From positions 1,426,072-1,490,071 of the forward strand of contig NC_134034.1 of NCBI RefSeq assembly GCF_964204645.1: 64,000 bases of DNA. Direction: 5' to 3'. Below are positions 39,723 to 52,175 of this stretch, in pieces. How positions within the stretch are numbered: the first letter of the stretch is position 1; every line of letters starts with the position of its first letter. This stretch comes from Tubulanus polymorphus. Its lineage: Eukaryota; Animalia; Nemertea. Under the pieces are notes generated by a model. The model searched no databases. It saw only the letters and a list, made by a program, of their open reading frames with translations, and was not told the DNA's origin. A program made the position numbers and the translations under genes.

Positions 39723-42439
39723 CCGTTGGGCAAGAAGTTCATTCTTTAGCTATTAATCGTTGGCGACTTCGGCCAGGGCTTGTGGGAACTAATAACCGAA
39801 CGCACGGGTTCGGTCTCAACGCGTTCGGCGCTCGATCGTGCGGTCGGCCATTTCCGGACTATAGTTCCGACTAACTGATATAGATATATTCGATTTCACT
39901 TTGTTCGCAAATAGTGGACTAGCTCTGATAACTGAAGTTCGCCCTCTGTATCAGGGATTAGACCTCGCCGTCTAACTTGGACGTTCGGTTGTGGTCACCT
40001 GGGACTTTTGACTAACCTAATTTGGGATAGAAACGAAATCATTATATCGATGTCTTGATGGTGATCCTTGACATTTTCAACCAACCTAGTGATTAGCTTG
40101 ACCAGTTATTTTGTTATCTTGGAGAATAGCCCCGCCCCTGCCCTGCCTCCCTAGGTACGTCGACCATACTACACTCGAAATGTAGTCATTAAACTAATTA
40201 TCGTCGCTAGGCGGCGCTTTATCTAAAAAGATGATTGATGAGATTTGTGTAGTTCGCGCAGCGCGGATTGCTCCATTCCACCGAGTCCGATACGTAGTCC
40301 GTAGAGTAATCACGGCAACCAGTCCAACTATTACGGTACGTCGACTCGGCGGGTCCCCGGGCGGATATCTATCAATTAAGACAAAAAAACCAATGAAATA
40401 CGAAAACAACAAACTGTCGATATTGGTAAATGTATTATCGCAACAGACGTAAAAATGACGTCGACTATGGCATGCGAGCAAGACGATTGATAGCACTCTC
40501 GGGTTCAGTGAGAACCAACTGATAGCAGCAGCTGCAGCGTTTCACACCCGTGTCTGATAAACTGATTCTTATTTATTGTTTTGAAGTTTGAATGCTTTTA
40601 ATTTCTCCATTTCTCTGTTTATCGAGTTTTCCATAAGGGGGGGGGTACATTGCGCACGCGAACTTTAAAGTTAGTTTTGTTTTGTGGGTGATACTTGTAA
40701 GAGTGAGAGCCTTTGGGCTTTGCTGGACCAGCACTGTGTGTCGTGTAACTAACAGATAATCAATGCAAGATTGTTGGACCTTCTGGACCAACAGAGATCC
40801 AATAAGTCTATTGGGGTAAAGTCTTTATTCTATTGGTTTTAGTTTTTCTTCTTTCGTTTCTTGTTTGAGGTGGACATTGCTACCAAGTCCGTCCTCGGAT
40901 CCCCGGGGATTCCCCAGTCCTCTATAGTCGCCTCTGCGAATCGACTAGAACTTTACAAAATTACTTACAAAAGTATCTGTGGATTCATTGATCCCAGCGT
41001 TGTGAGTCTGGAAATGTAAGCCTACCGTGGAGCTGAGTTCAATGACTCTTATCTCTCAAAAAGTTTTTTTTCTTTCAAATATCTAATAGCTCTCAGTTTT
41101 TGCTGATAAAAAATTCCGAATTTCCAATCTCGGAATCTCTGTCGGCGACGTGTAGGAAGTTTCAGCATCGCCCCATAAAACAGAACGCTAACTGTTACTG
41201 GCGCTGTAACGAGCGCGTTTCGCTAATTCGAAGTTAATGCCGCATTTACGTGTTCGAAATGAAACGACGAAAATTAACTCCGAAATTCCTCCTTAACATC
41301 GCCTGGGACCTCGTTATAAAATAATTATACCTTGTTACTAGTTTGATCGATAGAGCTTTAAAGATTGAAGGTGCCTCTCTCGTCTAAATGGTGTCAATCC
41401 CCTTAGAAATAAAACATTTAACGGGCAATATTCTCGTTTCTTGTATTCAAATTTTTACAAACGGTCGTATTTAACATCACGAAAACATCATCAAAGGTAA
41501 CGTATATGAAATTCGAATCCCGGACGACCGTTAAACGGGAATTAACGGCTCTTATTGTCGTTTCGGTCTCCGGGGCGACTGTTGTCGTTTCGCTTATCGC
41601 GCGGGGAACGACGGGACTATTTGAAATTTAAATGACGAACGTTTGTTAACGACGAGTTTGGCGCAGTTAAAACGATCTTCTGCGAAGAGCGAGTGGAATG
41701 TTTTTCCCAGATGACTGTATACAGCTCGAATGTGTTACCGAAGACACGTCTGCGCTAATCTCGGAAATTCCGGCTCCACGTTCATTAACGAAGGCGCAGT
41801 TCTAACAAAATGGCGATTATTTCGAGTCTGGAATCTTAATGATTTCTGCACTGTCCCCGATCCTGATCTCTGCAGTACATATATACAATGAATATATTGT
41901 GCTCTCATTAGAAGGTCGACAGTGGGCGGTACGTGCCATTCCGGAATGGAAATTAACTCCATTCAATTAACAGGTGCGTTGGAAGCATTTTTGATTGCCG
42001 CGGCCAAATACCGATTTTGGACAGGTTCTAAATATTGCCGCGGCGAATTTACTTAATTTCTTCAAAAACGTGGTATTCAAAGAACAAAAAACGTCATTCA
42101 GTAAATCATTGCACCTGCGAAGAATCCCTCTATTTCACATGCAGCTTTTGATGATGTCACGATGCGTTTATTGTAGGCGACCATCTTTGAAACGACCATG
42201 ACCAAATAAATTTGATGATGCGGTCGATTTAAATATACCTACCGGTATTACTCGGTATATTTTTAGTGATAGGAGGCCTAATATAGGTGGAAATCTATTC
42301 TAGAAACTAGGTCTATAGATCAAACCATTAGATAGACTTTATTTAATGCTTATCAGTGTGAGATGTACAGCGGGGCGTCCATCTTTTTGGACGAGTCTAT
42401 TGCGCAAAGGCACTGGTCGTTGATTTCTAAGTGTCTAGA

Positions 42440-42935
42440 CAATTCGATGACGTCATAGGGGATATATGAAGACGGACAACATATTTTCTGTCTATAGTTA
42501 AATCACTAGGTAGACAATTTGATGATGTCATAGGGAGATTTATTAAATTAGACAATTTTCTAGAAGTGTCTATGATCAAATAACTAGTAAACAATTTGAT
42601 GATGTCATAGGGAGATTTATTAAGTTAGACAATTTTCTAGAAGTGTCTATGATCAAATAACTAGTAAACAATTTGATGATGTCATAAGGGGATTTATGGA
42701 GGCAGACATCTTTTCTAGAAATGTCTATAGATCAAATCGCTAGTAAACAATTTGATGACGTCATAAGGGGATTTATGGAGGCAGACATCTTTTCTAGAAG
42801 TGTCTATAGATCAAATCGCTAGTAAACAATTTGATGATGCCATAAGGGGATTTATGGAGGCAGACATCTTTTCTAGAAGTGTCTATAGATCAAATCACTA
42901 GTAAACAATTTGATGATGCCATAGGGGGATTTATG
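42440..42935 (+). repeat. 79-bp family cluster
   Basis: About 6 units; the best-conserved copies are at 42675-42935. Confidence 0.92.
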
Positions 42936-43819
42936 CAGGCAGGGCTTCCTTCTGGATGGCCCATGGCGCGCCGATGGTTTCTATTCCGCCAACACGCCGG
43001 GATCGTCTGTGCATCTGAAACTTATGCCATCAGACCGATAAATAACTTCAAACGCTCTCGGGCTCCACGTGAATACCGCGTGTTCATTTCAATTATACGT
43101 GATAAAATATTACTCCAAAACCGTCCCTGGCACGTAATTACTTCGCCCGCTTAAGCGTGATTAATTACCGCATTGAACCGACAAAACCAGTCGCCGTCCC
43201 GTGCGGCAGTATTTCATTCTTGAAACTGAATTTAAAAAAAAACTGCTCCGAACAATTTTCTATTTATCATATGGAAATTCGGGACCGCAGTCTGGTCTTA
43301 TTCCGTCGGGTCGACTGGCGGTCCAACGACCTTGTGCGTTGACGACGTGACCTTCGTGGCGAGGTGTCGTTAATTTCGAATCACATATATAAAATATATG
43401 TATAAATATAATCCGGGCTCGATCAAGCCGCGATCTCTCGGCGCTCGCTCGCGGCGGATAATTAGCTATTTGTTGCTTTTATTTATTGCCAGCTTTGTCA
43501 ACAAACCAATTTAGCGCTACACCTTAATTTCTCGAGACTGCATACATCATCCGTCTTAGGTTTCAACGCCGCCCAAGCCGCCGCCGCCGCCGCCGACACC
43601 GGCGTGCGGCACGCACGTTTGTCATTGTGTTCAAAGTTGAATTGTTCCTCTCTCTCTCGCGCTCGCTTTCTTAATCCCGAGAAAAATAATAACATTGATG
43701 AATTTGACTGCGAGTCGAATGAATTATCGATAGACCTTTCACTGCTCGTGGGCTCTCAATCACCTGCTCACTGTGTTCACCCGTTCATCCAGCTTCCGTC
43801 AGTCCTCTCCACTTACCCT

Positions 43820-44290
43820 ATCTCTTCTTGCCTCTCCCTTTGTCTCTCATCTCCCTTCTCTCCCGTATCTCCCTCTCTCATCCGATATAATCTCTCTTTT
43901 TTCTCTCCCCCTCGCCCTCTCCCCTCTCTCCTCCCTCCCACCATTTTTCCCTCTCTCTCCTCCATCCCTCCCTCCCTCCCTCTCTCTCCTCCCTCTCCCT
44001 TTACATCCATCCCCCTCTCTTCCTCTCCCTCTCTCTCCTCCCTCCCTCCCTCTCTCCTTCTCCCTCCCTCTACATCCATCCCCCTCTCTTCCTCTCCCTC
44101 TCTCTCCTTCCTCCCTTCCTCTCTCCTCCTCCTTCCCTCTACATCCACCCCCTCTCTTCCTCTCCCTCTCTCTCCTCCCCCTCCCTTCCTCTCTCCTTCT
44201 CCATCCCTCTACATCCATCCCCCTCTCTTCCTCTCCCTCCCCCTCTCTCCTTCTCCCTCCCCATACATCCCCCTCTCCCTCTCTATCCCC
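43820..44290 (+). repeat. Polypyrimidine low-complexity tract
   Basis: Direct reading; other such tracts at 595-900 and 1838-2060. Confidence 0.9.
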
Positions 44291-44924
44291 ACTAAGAAAT
44301 TGAGAAAGCATCAGGCATAAACTCTAGTTGACTTTGTTTTTGATACGAGTCGTCAATCTGCGTCACAAAATGCAACTAAACGACGAATTATTCCGAGATC
44401 GTGGTAAATATCAACCACGCCGAAATCCGTCGGGACTCGACGCCATCAGATATACTTTATCAACATTATCACTTATTATACGAATTACTATTCTCCGCAT
44501 CGAGCGCGGTATATATAATATATACACACCACCTGTTACTAGAGGGCGGTGTGGGCGAATATATTCTATTGATTAGACGCAGCCACGGCCGGGTCGTCGT
44601 CCGGGGATTAGTTCGGCGAATTTCTGATTTATGTACGCGCGTCACCTTCCAGCAGGTTTCCAGAGCTGTTTCTTTTCCTTCGAGAAGCGTCGAAACGATC
44701 GTAAATAATTGAGTTTTCATTCCGTAATATTCCGGTTCGTATATCGCGGCTCCACACATACACACGCGGGAGATTAATCGCGCGGCTTAGATTCGGTTTT
44801 CTGTTGGTTCCGTAACCGCGTAGTTTAGCGAGGAGCAAAACGTAGTCTGTTTAATTTTTGTTGACGAAAAAAAATGGTTATGAATTTCGAAAGTATAATT
44901 TTGAATCCAGGCTCTGGGGCTGCA

Positions 44925-45345
44925 GTCACCAGTCTGGGGTGTGGTACTGGTCATCAGTCTGGGGTGTGGTCACTGGTCATCAGTCTGGGGTGTGGTCACT
45001 GGTCATCAGTCTGGGGTGTGGTCACTGGTCATCAGTCTGGAGTGTGGTCACTGGTCATCAGTCTGGGGTGTGGTCACTGGTCATCAGTCTGGGGTGTGGT
45101 CACTGGTCATCAGTCTGGGGTGTGGTCACTGGTCATCAGTCTGGAGTGTGGTCACTGGTCATCAGTCTGGGGTGTGGTCACTGGTCATCAGTCTGGGGTG
45201 TGGTCACTGGTCATCAGTCTGGGGTGTGGTCACTGGTCATCAGTCTGGGGTGTGGTCACCGGTGACCAGTCTGGGTTGTGGTGACCGGTGACCAGTCTGG
45301 GTTGTGGTGACCGGTGACCAGTCAGTGTGGTGACCGGCGACCCGT
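44925..45345 (+). repeat. 26-bp minisatellite (GGTCATCAGTCTGGGGTGTGGTCACT), about 15 units
   Basis: Tandem periodicity. Confidence 0.95.
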
Positions 45346-46220
45346 CCGGTATGGTGACACCCTCCAGATTTACCAATAGAGTCTTCCATCAAGTTCAGAA
45401 AAGCTGACAATCATTTTCTCGAATTTCAAAAATAGCGACAGGTAAGTCGAGTTTTGAAAATCGTTGCGAATAAGTAGGCGTGGCCTCGGGGCTGTATAAA
45501 TGTCAATCAAACCGCAGCCGACGACGGCGCCCACAAAACGAAAACTTTACACACGCGAACACACGAAACGTCGTTTCGCCGTTCTGAACGTACAACTTGA
45601 ACGGCTTCGCGGAAAAGTCGGTCTTTGATTGAAATTGCTAGTGAAATTATGCTCAATTAGAAAATTCGCGGCTGCCGTCGACATCAAAAGAACCCCACGA
45701 AACACACTCCCTCGTCGAAGTTACATCTCGCGGAACTCGGCAGTTTTTATAGTTTACCCCAGGCGCCCGGACCAAACGACTCTGTCTGAATATACATGAC
45801 TCCGCCGCGTAACGCGACAAGCAATTCATTTGCAAACGAAATAGAAAAAAAAAGATGTTAGATTTGTTCCGGGTGAGGCTTTTTTTTTCGTTGTTTTATC
45901 GCACGGAAAACCATCGAGTTTGCGATAATTTAGTTTTCGGTCCTGATTCGCCGGAATTGGCCAGAAAAAAATTGACGGTTGATACAGATATTTTTTTTAA
46001 CAGTGAGAATGAACTGAATCGTAAATTCCGCGCAATATGGTGCAGAAATTACTACTTGGTGAAAAGGTTACTCCGATGATGGTCGGCTCCGAACTAGTTT
46101 TTCATTATAAAATTTTTTTATGGCGTTTCCCAAATAAGGCACAAAATGAATGTCGATGAAGGACTATCCCGATGAAGGGTGGCTCCAGACTTTTCCTCTA
46201 GAAAAAACTATACATACTAA

Positions 46221-47076
46221 AAGGAATACAGTATTCCTGAAGATGACTATTAGGATATAGTCGAAACGTTGAATAAACTACACTAGCTCAAGGAATACAG
46301 TATTCCTGAAGATGACTATTAGGATATAGTCGAAACGTTGAATAAACTACACTAGCTCAAGGAATACAGTATTCCTGAAGATGACTATTAGGATAAAGTC
46401 GAAACGTTGAATAAACTACACTAGCTCAAGGAATACAGTATTCCTGAAGATGACTATTAGGATATAGTCGAAACGTTGAATAAACTACACTAGCTCAAGG
46501 AATACAGTATTCCTGAAGATGACTATTAGGATAAAGTCGAAACGTTGAATAAACTACACTAGCTCAAGGAATACAGTATTCCTGAAGATGACTATTAGGA
46601 TATAGTCGAAAGGTTGAATTAACTACACTAGCTCAAGGAATACAGTATTCCTGAAGATGACTATTAGGATATAGTCGAAACGTTGAATAAACTACACTAG
46701 CTCAAGGAATACAGTATTCCTGAAGATGACTATTAGGATATAGTCGAAACGTTGAATAAACTACACTAGCTCAAGGAATACAGTATTCCTGAAGATGACT
46801 ATTAGGGTTAGTCGAAACGTCGAATAAACTACACTAGCTCAAGGAATACAGTATTCCTGAAGATTACTACTAGGATATAGTCGAAACGTCGAATAAACTA
46901 CACTAGCTCAAGGAATACAGTATTCCTGAAGATGACTATTAGGATATAGTCGAAACGTTGAATAAACTACACTAGCTCAAGGAATACAGTATTCCTGAAG
47001 ATGACTATTAGGATATAGTCGAAACGTTGAATAAACTACACTAGCTCAAAGAATACAGTATTCCTGAAGATGACTA
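46221..47076 (+). ncRNA. Tandem array of 12 (+1 partial) 69-bp units, each containing a minimal type I hammerhead ribozyme (Penelope-like/retrozyme type)
   Basis: Unit AAGGAATACAG-TATTC-CTGAAGA-T-GACTAT-TAGGAT-ATAGTC-GAAA-CG-TT-GAATA-AACTACACTAGCTC. It has the CUGANGA core, a 6-bp stem II, GAAA, a palindromic ACGU mini-stem III, a UH cleavage site (GUU; GUC in the units at 46773 and 46841), stem I TATTC/GAATA, and AATAAA just downstream. Confidence 0.8.
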
Positions 47077-47868
47077 CATCTTGCACAATACCAACAAAAC
47101 TCTTTGGACCAACGCCCGTGCCCCCAGACGTATTACATCTAAACCATAAAGAAATCTTACATCATTCGAATTTTTTCAACCGTTAACGGTTTTCACCAGC
47201 GCGCGACCAATCAACGCGCTCGATCGGGGCGGTTTTGAAATTTAGCCGTGTCGGATAATAATTGATTGAAAACCCGACGCGTCGTGGCGACGTGCTCTTC
47301 GACACCGAAAACACGGTGGTGACTTCGGATTTAATTGAATTGCGGTCTGGTTATAGGACTAACACATCCGGCGCCGTTTATTAGCGATACTTTATTCGAA
47401 ACATGTTGGCAAGAAATTGCATTTTTGATCCCTGGAGACCCGTCACAACAACTCCGCGCCACGTCGAGTTTACTATACTAGAAGCCATTCTTTATGCGTG
47501 TGATTAAAACGTTTCAATGAATATTGTTGAAAACGTATATCGCAGACGATACGATACGCAGACGATCGGTCGCTGGGCGGTTCGAAATCGCTGACGCGCG
47601 AATTGGCTCGAAAGAAACTATTGTAACTGATTTCGACGTATTTTCGGTGTCGGAGCCACGTGCGAACCTATTTTCGTCTCCGAGATCATGAGCGTCGCGT
47701 CAATGATGCCGGAAACGCTACCGTTGAAATCGATAATCCACCAGGTGTCGCTAGTAGTTACTGCTGAAATTCGAATAGACGTTTTTCTCTAAGATTGAAT
47801 TTTCATTAAATCTATACCGATCACTGAAATCAACGCATGTCTCGGATCCATGATAGAGTTTTAATTCA

Positions 47869-48035
47869 CGATGTTTCGACCAAATTCTATGAGTCATTTT
47901 TGAAACGTTTTTGAGAAAATGATATGGAATCGAGTCACTACTCTCTTAGTCCTTGAAATTGGCTCACAGAATTGAGTCTAAGCGCCACTACTCTTTTAGT
48001 TTCGAAAATGGCCGATAGAAATGATTCTGAACGTT
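47869..48035. repeat. Degenerate hammerhead-like/Penelope pLTR-like motif copies (1 on minus, about 3 on plus)
   Basis: Minus strand 47869-47903 reads TCAAAAATGACTCATAGAATTTGGTCGAAACATCG. Plus-strand relatives are CTTGAAATTGGCTCACAGAATTGAGTCTAAGCG and TCGAAAATGGCCGATAGAAATGATTCTGAACGTT, separated by ACTACTCTYTTAGT. Confidence 0.35.
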
Positions 48036-48544
48036 TCTGATTCTAAAGCAGAAATATTTCTAGTCAGATTTCTCTTTGTATTTCCACATTGTGGATGTTT
48101 ACACTTGTAACACACCAACAAAATGTGACGATTCTACATCTTCTGTGATGGCGAGCTTCAGAGAGAAAGAGAAAGAGAGAGGGAGAGAGAGAGGCATCGT
48201 GGGCGAGAACACTGTAGGCATCCCTCAAGTTCCTATAAAACGCCCTTCCCCTGGAGAGCTGATATTTAGGCTTATCACGCATTCGCCAAGCTCGATGACG
48301 CCGGATAGAAGTGACGTTTTTGACACACACCTGGGAAACGAGCTCTGCGCCGACTGGAAATTGGAATTTCAAGCCGAATCGCGACCGATATTGTCAGTAG
48401 CGGCGTTATGACATTTTGTTAACGTCGCGCGCCTGTGACGACGACATCGAGTCTCTCGGTGAAAGCGTTCATTGTGTTCGCTGTCACGCGATATTCCAAG
48501 GGCATTTTGAAACTTGGGTTTGAATTCAGTCCCTGCGGCGGCAA

Positions 48545-48812
48545 AAGAAGATTCCACTTGAGGGTCCGCTAAGTGTCGCTAGTGTTCAGTTGGACATCAA
48601 ATACTGAGGCAATAGAGGAGTCCACGCGTGGCAAGTGAAGATCCACCAGGCGTCGCTAGTGTGCAGTAGGACATCAAATACTGAGGCAACATTGGATCCC
48701 GCTTGTGGCAAGTGAGGATCAACCAGGTGTCGCTAGTTCGCTGTAGGACATCAACCACTGCGGCAATAGCGGAGTTCACATGTGGCAAGTGAGGATGACC
48801 CCAGGTGTCGCT
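48545..48812 (-). repeat. 77-bp family cluster
   Basis: About 3.5 units. Confidence 0.88.
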
Positions 48813-51800
48813 TGCAGTTAATCGGTCATCCACGCCTTGATATCTTCCACATTTCGATCGGGGAAATCAAATCGAAATCACCTTTTCCAGCCCTTTTTAA
48901 GTTAATCAATTATGAATGATAACTAGTGCCAACCTTACGCAGAGGGTAGAATAATTCGATTTTTCGAACAACGACAATGTAGATAGTTTGACCACTTAAA
49001 GTCCCGAAGTCAAATCGGTTGAAGAAGATAAGACAAGATAAGATAATTTCATTACTATCCTACCGCTTCCATTGGTGGAAGGAAAAATAATTTTGTTTTA
49101 CAAGTATTTAATATCAAGAGAAAAACAAATTTAAAAACTTAACACGGTCAACCGTAAGGTCACGCCATCTGGTGAGATTGGCTTCACGGGTCGACGATCT
49201 CGCGCGGGGAGTTTAGCGGATTCGGACGACGGCGTTGAGACGAGGTCGGAGCCCGCCCGATCGAGACAACGCTAACTCGTCGTGTCGTGTTTGACAGCTA
49301 GGAACGAGCGCCAACTGATTAAACGTTCACGCCGAATCGACTTTCATTACATCCGCGACGCAATAACTTTTCGATTTTTTTTTTCAAAAACGAACTCGAC
49401 CTTTTTCGAAAGCTCTCTCGAGAACGATGCGAAACGCGAATCAACGATTCCTCCCCGCGCCCTCTCCCCCTGCACTCCCCCCGAACACACATTGACTACT
49501 GCTGCCCACGCGTTGTTAATTTTTTACCACACGTCAAAATTAGATTTTCGCGCGCCGAACGTAAACTCGATAAAGTGAAAAAAAAGTACTTTATTTATCG
49601 ACGAAGCCGTCGCTTTATTAATTTCGATAAGTTACGAGAACTTGTGTTGGTCGCGTCGATTCTCCGCGGGATTTGCGTTACGACTTTTCCGACGAGTTCC
49701 TCACGAGGGAATTCTACCTAACGTGTGCGTGTGTGCGTTAGAACAGACAGAAACGTGCCGGAATTTCTCTTCACACGCTCGAGTTCATTTCGGTTTTTTA
49801 AACAATGGACATCTAATCGTCATCGCTAATGGCGTGAATCTCGTGGGCGTCTCGAGAAGTCTCGCGGGTTCTCGTGCGTGGGAGGCAAGGTTCAGAGATG
49901 ATACGATTTTGTTTTTGCTACATGTAAAAACTTCTGCCTCTCCCTCCCTCTGCCTCTCCCTCTCCTGGCTCTCCCTCTCCCTCTCCTGGCTCTCCTTCCC
50001 TCTGCCTCTCCCTCTGCCTCTCCTGCCTCTCCCTCTCCCTCTCCTGGCTCTCCCTCTCCCTCTCCTGGCTCTCCCTCCCTCTGCCTCTGCCTCTGCCTCT
50101 GCCTCTGCCTCTCCCTCTCCCTCTGCCTCTCCCTCTGCCTCTCCCCCTGCCTCTCCCTCTGCCTCTCCCTCTGCCTCACCCTCTGCCTCACCCTCTGTCT
50201 TTCCCTCTGCCTCCCCTCCCCCATTTTCTCCCTCTCCCTCTCCCTCTGTGTCTCCCTCTCTTTCTCCCCCTGTGTCTCCCCTCTCCCTCATCCACTCCCC
50301 CCATTTCCTCAGCCCCCCCGCTAATTTAGATCTCGTTGATTAGGTAGCAAATGAAGCGATAGTAACGGAGTTGGAACACGAGGGAATAAACGACGAAAAG
50401 CCCGTCGCCCGTGCAGCAGCTTCTCGATCCAGCCGCCGCCGCCGTGCGTGGTGCGCGCCGCCGATATCGCCGCTGTTTCACATTCAGCTGATTAACTACC
50501 CGAAAAGCTAACGGCCCAATTAACTCCGCCGGCGGCGGAAAACACACAATTCGTCAGGCGAAACGTCGAATTTAGCAAATTCGTTCTTTTAACGCGAACG
50601 ACGACAAGCGACGAATAACAATACGACTCTAAACCCTAGAACTCTTTTAGTTTCACTTTTTATCCTCCGCGAACGAACGAATTGCATTTTTCTTTTTTTC
50701 CGTTCTTTTTTTTGTCGGCTAATTCGACTCTTGATATCGAGCGAGCGACTGAGTTCAATCAATCGTAGCGCCGGTCGTAATCTGTTAAAATGGCTGCGTT
50801 TGTTTTTGTCGCTGCTGCTGCTGCTGCTGCTGTCGACGCTTCCACCGAACGGAGATCGACTGTAAAAACGACCAACTTCAAATGAATTACAGATAACAGG
50901 GATAGGGTTTAAATAGACCACTCGCTTTGAACTTCGGAGGCCGCAGTTTTTTTATAAGATGACATGATCGGACGTGAGTGTCGAGAGAGTGGAAAAGAGA
51001 AGGAGAGAGAGGGGAAGAAATAAATAGCGGAAGAAAGAGGAGAGGGAATCCGCAGGGAGAAGGGAAGCGTAGTGAAGGAATGGGAGAAGAAACATCAGTG
51101 AGAAGGGGAGGGAGACAGGGGGTGAGAAGGGGAGAGGGAGACAGGGATAGAGGGAGACAGAGGGAGACAGGGGGTGAGAAGGCTAGTTAGAAAGAGGAGA
51201 AAAGGAGGAATCATAGGAGACGAGAGCGAGTGAGGAGGAAAGGAGGGAGAGAAAAAAGGAAGGGAGAAATAAAATAGATGGGGATGGGGAGGTCGAGGAT
51301 AGGAATTTAGTGGATGGTAGAGGGTAAGAGAAAGGAGACGTGAGAGAGTGAGAAAAGGGGGTGTTGGGGTGGGGGGGGGGGGTTGAGAGAGGATAGAAAT
51401 AGTGGAGAGAGAGGGAGAGGTATGAAGTATTGTAGGATTAGTGTAACTGTATTATGTGTTGGCGCGAGAGAATAGAGATAAAGAAATAGAAGCAGCCAAC
51501 CGACCGACCGATCCGACCGGGAGGGAAGGAGGGATATTAGTTGTTTGTAGGTGAACGGCTGATGTCTAATTGTGCGTGCGACGGAATCTTAATGAAATAG
51601 ACACCGCTACCAAATGTGAGTCCAATACCGAGTTGTTCACTCGACCGGAAATGACGTATGCGCAACGAGACAGGAAGTCGTAGATCGACTGCGATAGCTA
51701 AATTACATTTAGATAAATCGTTATGTGTGTGTACAGTGTGTTTGTTAGAGCCTTCAAGGCCACCGCGACTGACTCCACAAATTACTTTGACTTCATTTTT

Positions 51801-51916
51801 ATCGCTATTGTGTCAGAAATGGTAATGTAGGACTGTCTACCTGCTGTGACTAGCTCATCTATTTCCTCTAGTTCTCGGTAAACTCTTAATACGAAACCCG
51901 GCCAAAAAGACCGGGA

Positions 51917-52175
51917 GAGATCCCGCGGGAAACCCCTAGAGATCCCTGGAGAAACCCCTAGAGATCCCGCGGGAATCCCCTAGAGATCCCGCGGGAATCC
52001 CCCGGAGATCCCGCGAGAAACCCCTAGAGATCCCTTGAGAAACCCCTAGAGATTCAGCGAGAAACCCCGGGAGATCCATTGAGAAACCCCTAGAGATCCC
52101 GCGAGAAACCCCTAGAGATCCCGCGAGAAACCCCTGGAGATCCCGCGGGAATCCCCGGGAGATCCAGCGAGATCC
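51917..52175 (+). repeat. 22-bp minisatellite (GAGATCCCGCGGGAAACCCCTA), about 11 units
   Basis: Tandem periodicity. Confidence 0.9.

Noticed and set aside
46068-46190. Two CCGATGA(T/A)GG..GGCTCC motifs just upstream of the ribozyme array
   Set aside because: The core is broken (CCGA, incomplete GAAA) and stem II is too weak to call; possibly decayed relatives.
46221-47076. CRISPR-like appearance of the 69-bp array with internal palindromes
   Set aside because: There are no unique spacers, no cas genes, and the context is eukaryotic; the whole unit is repeated.
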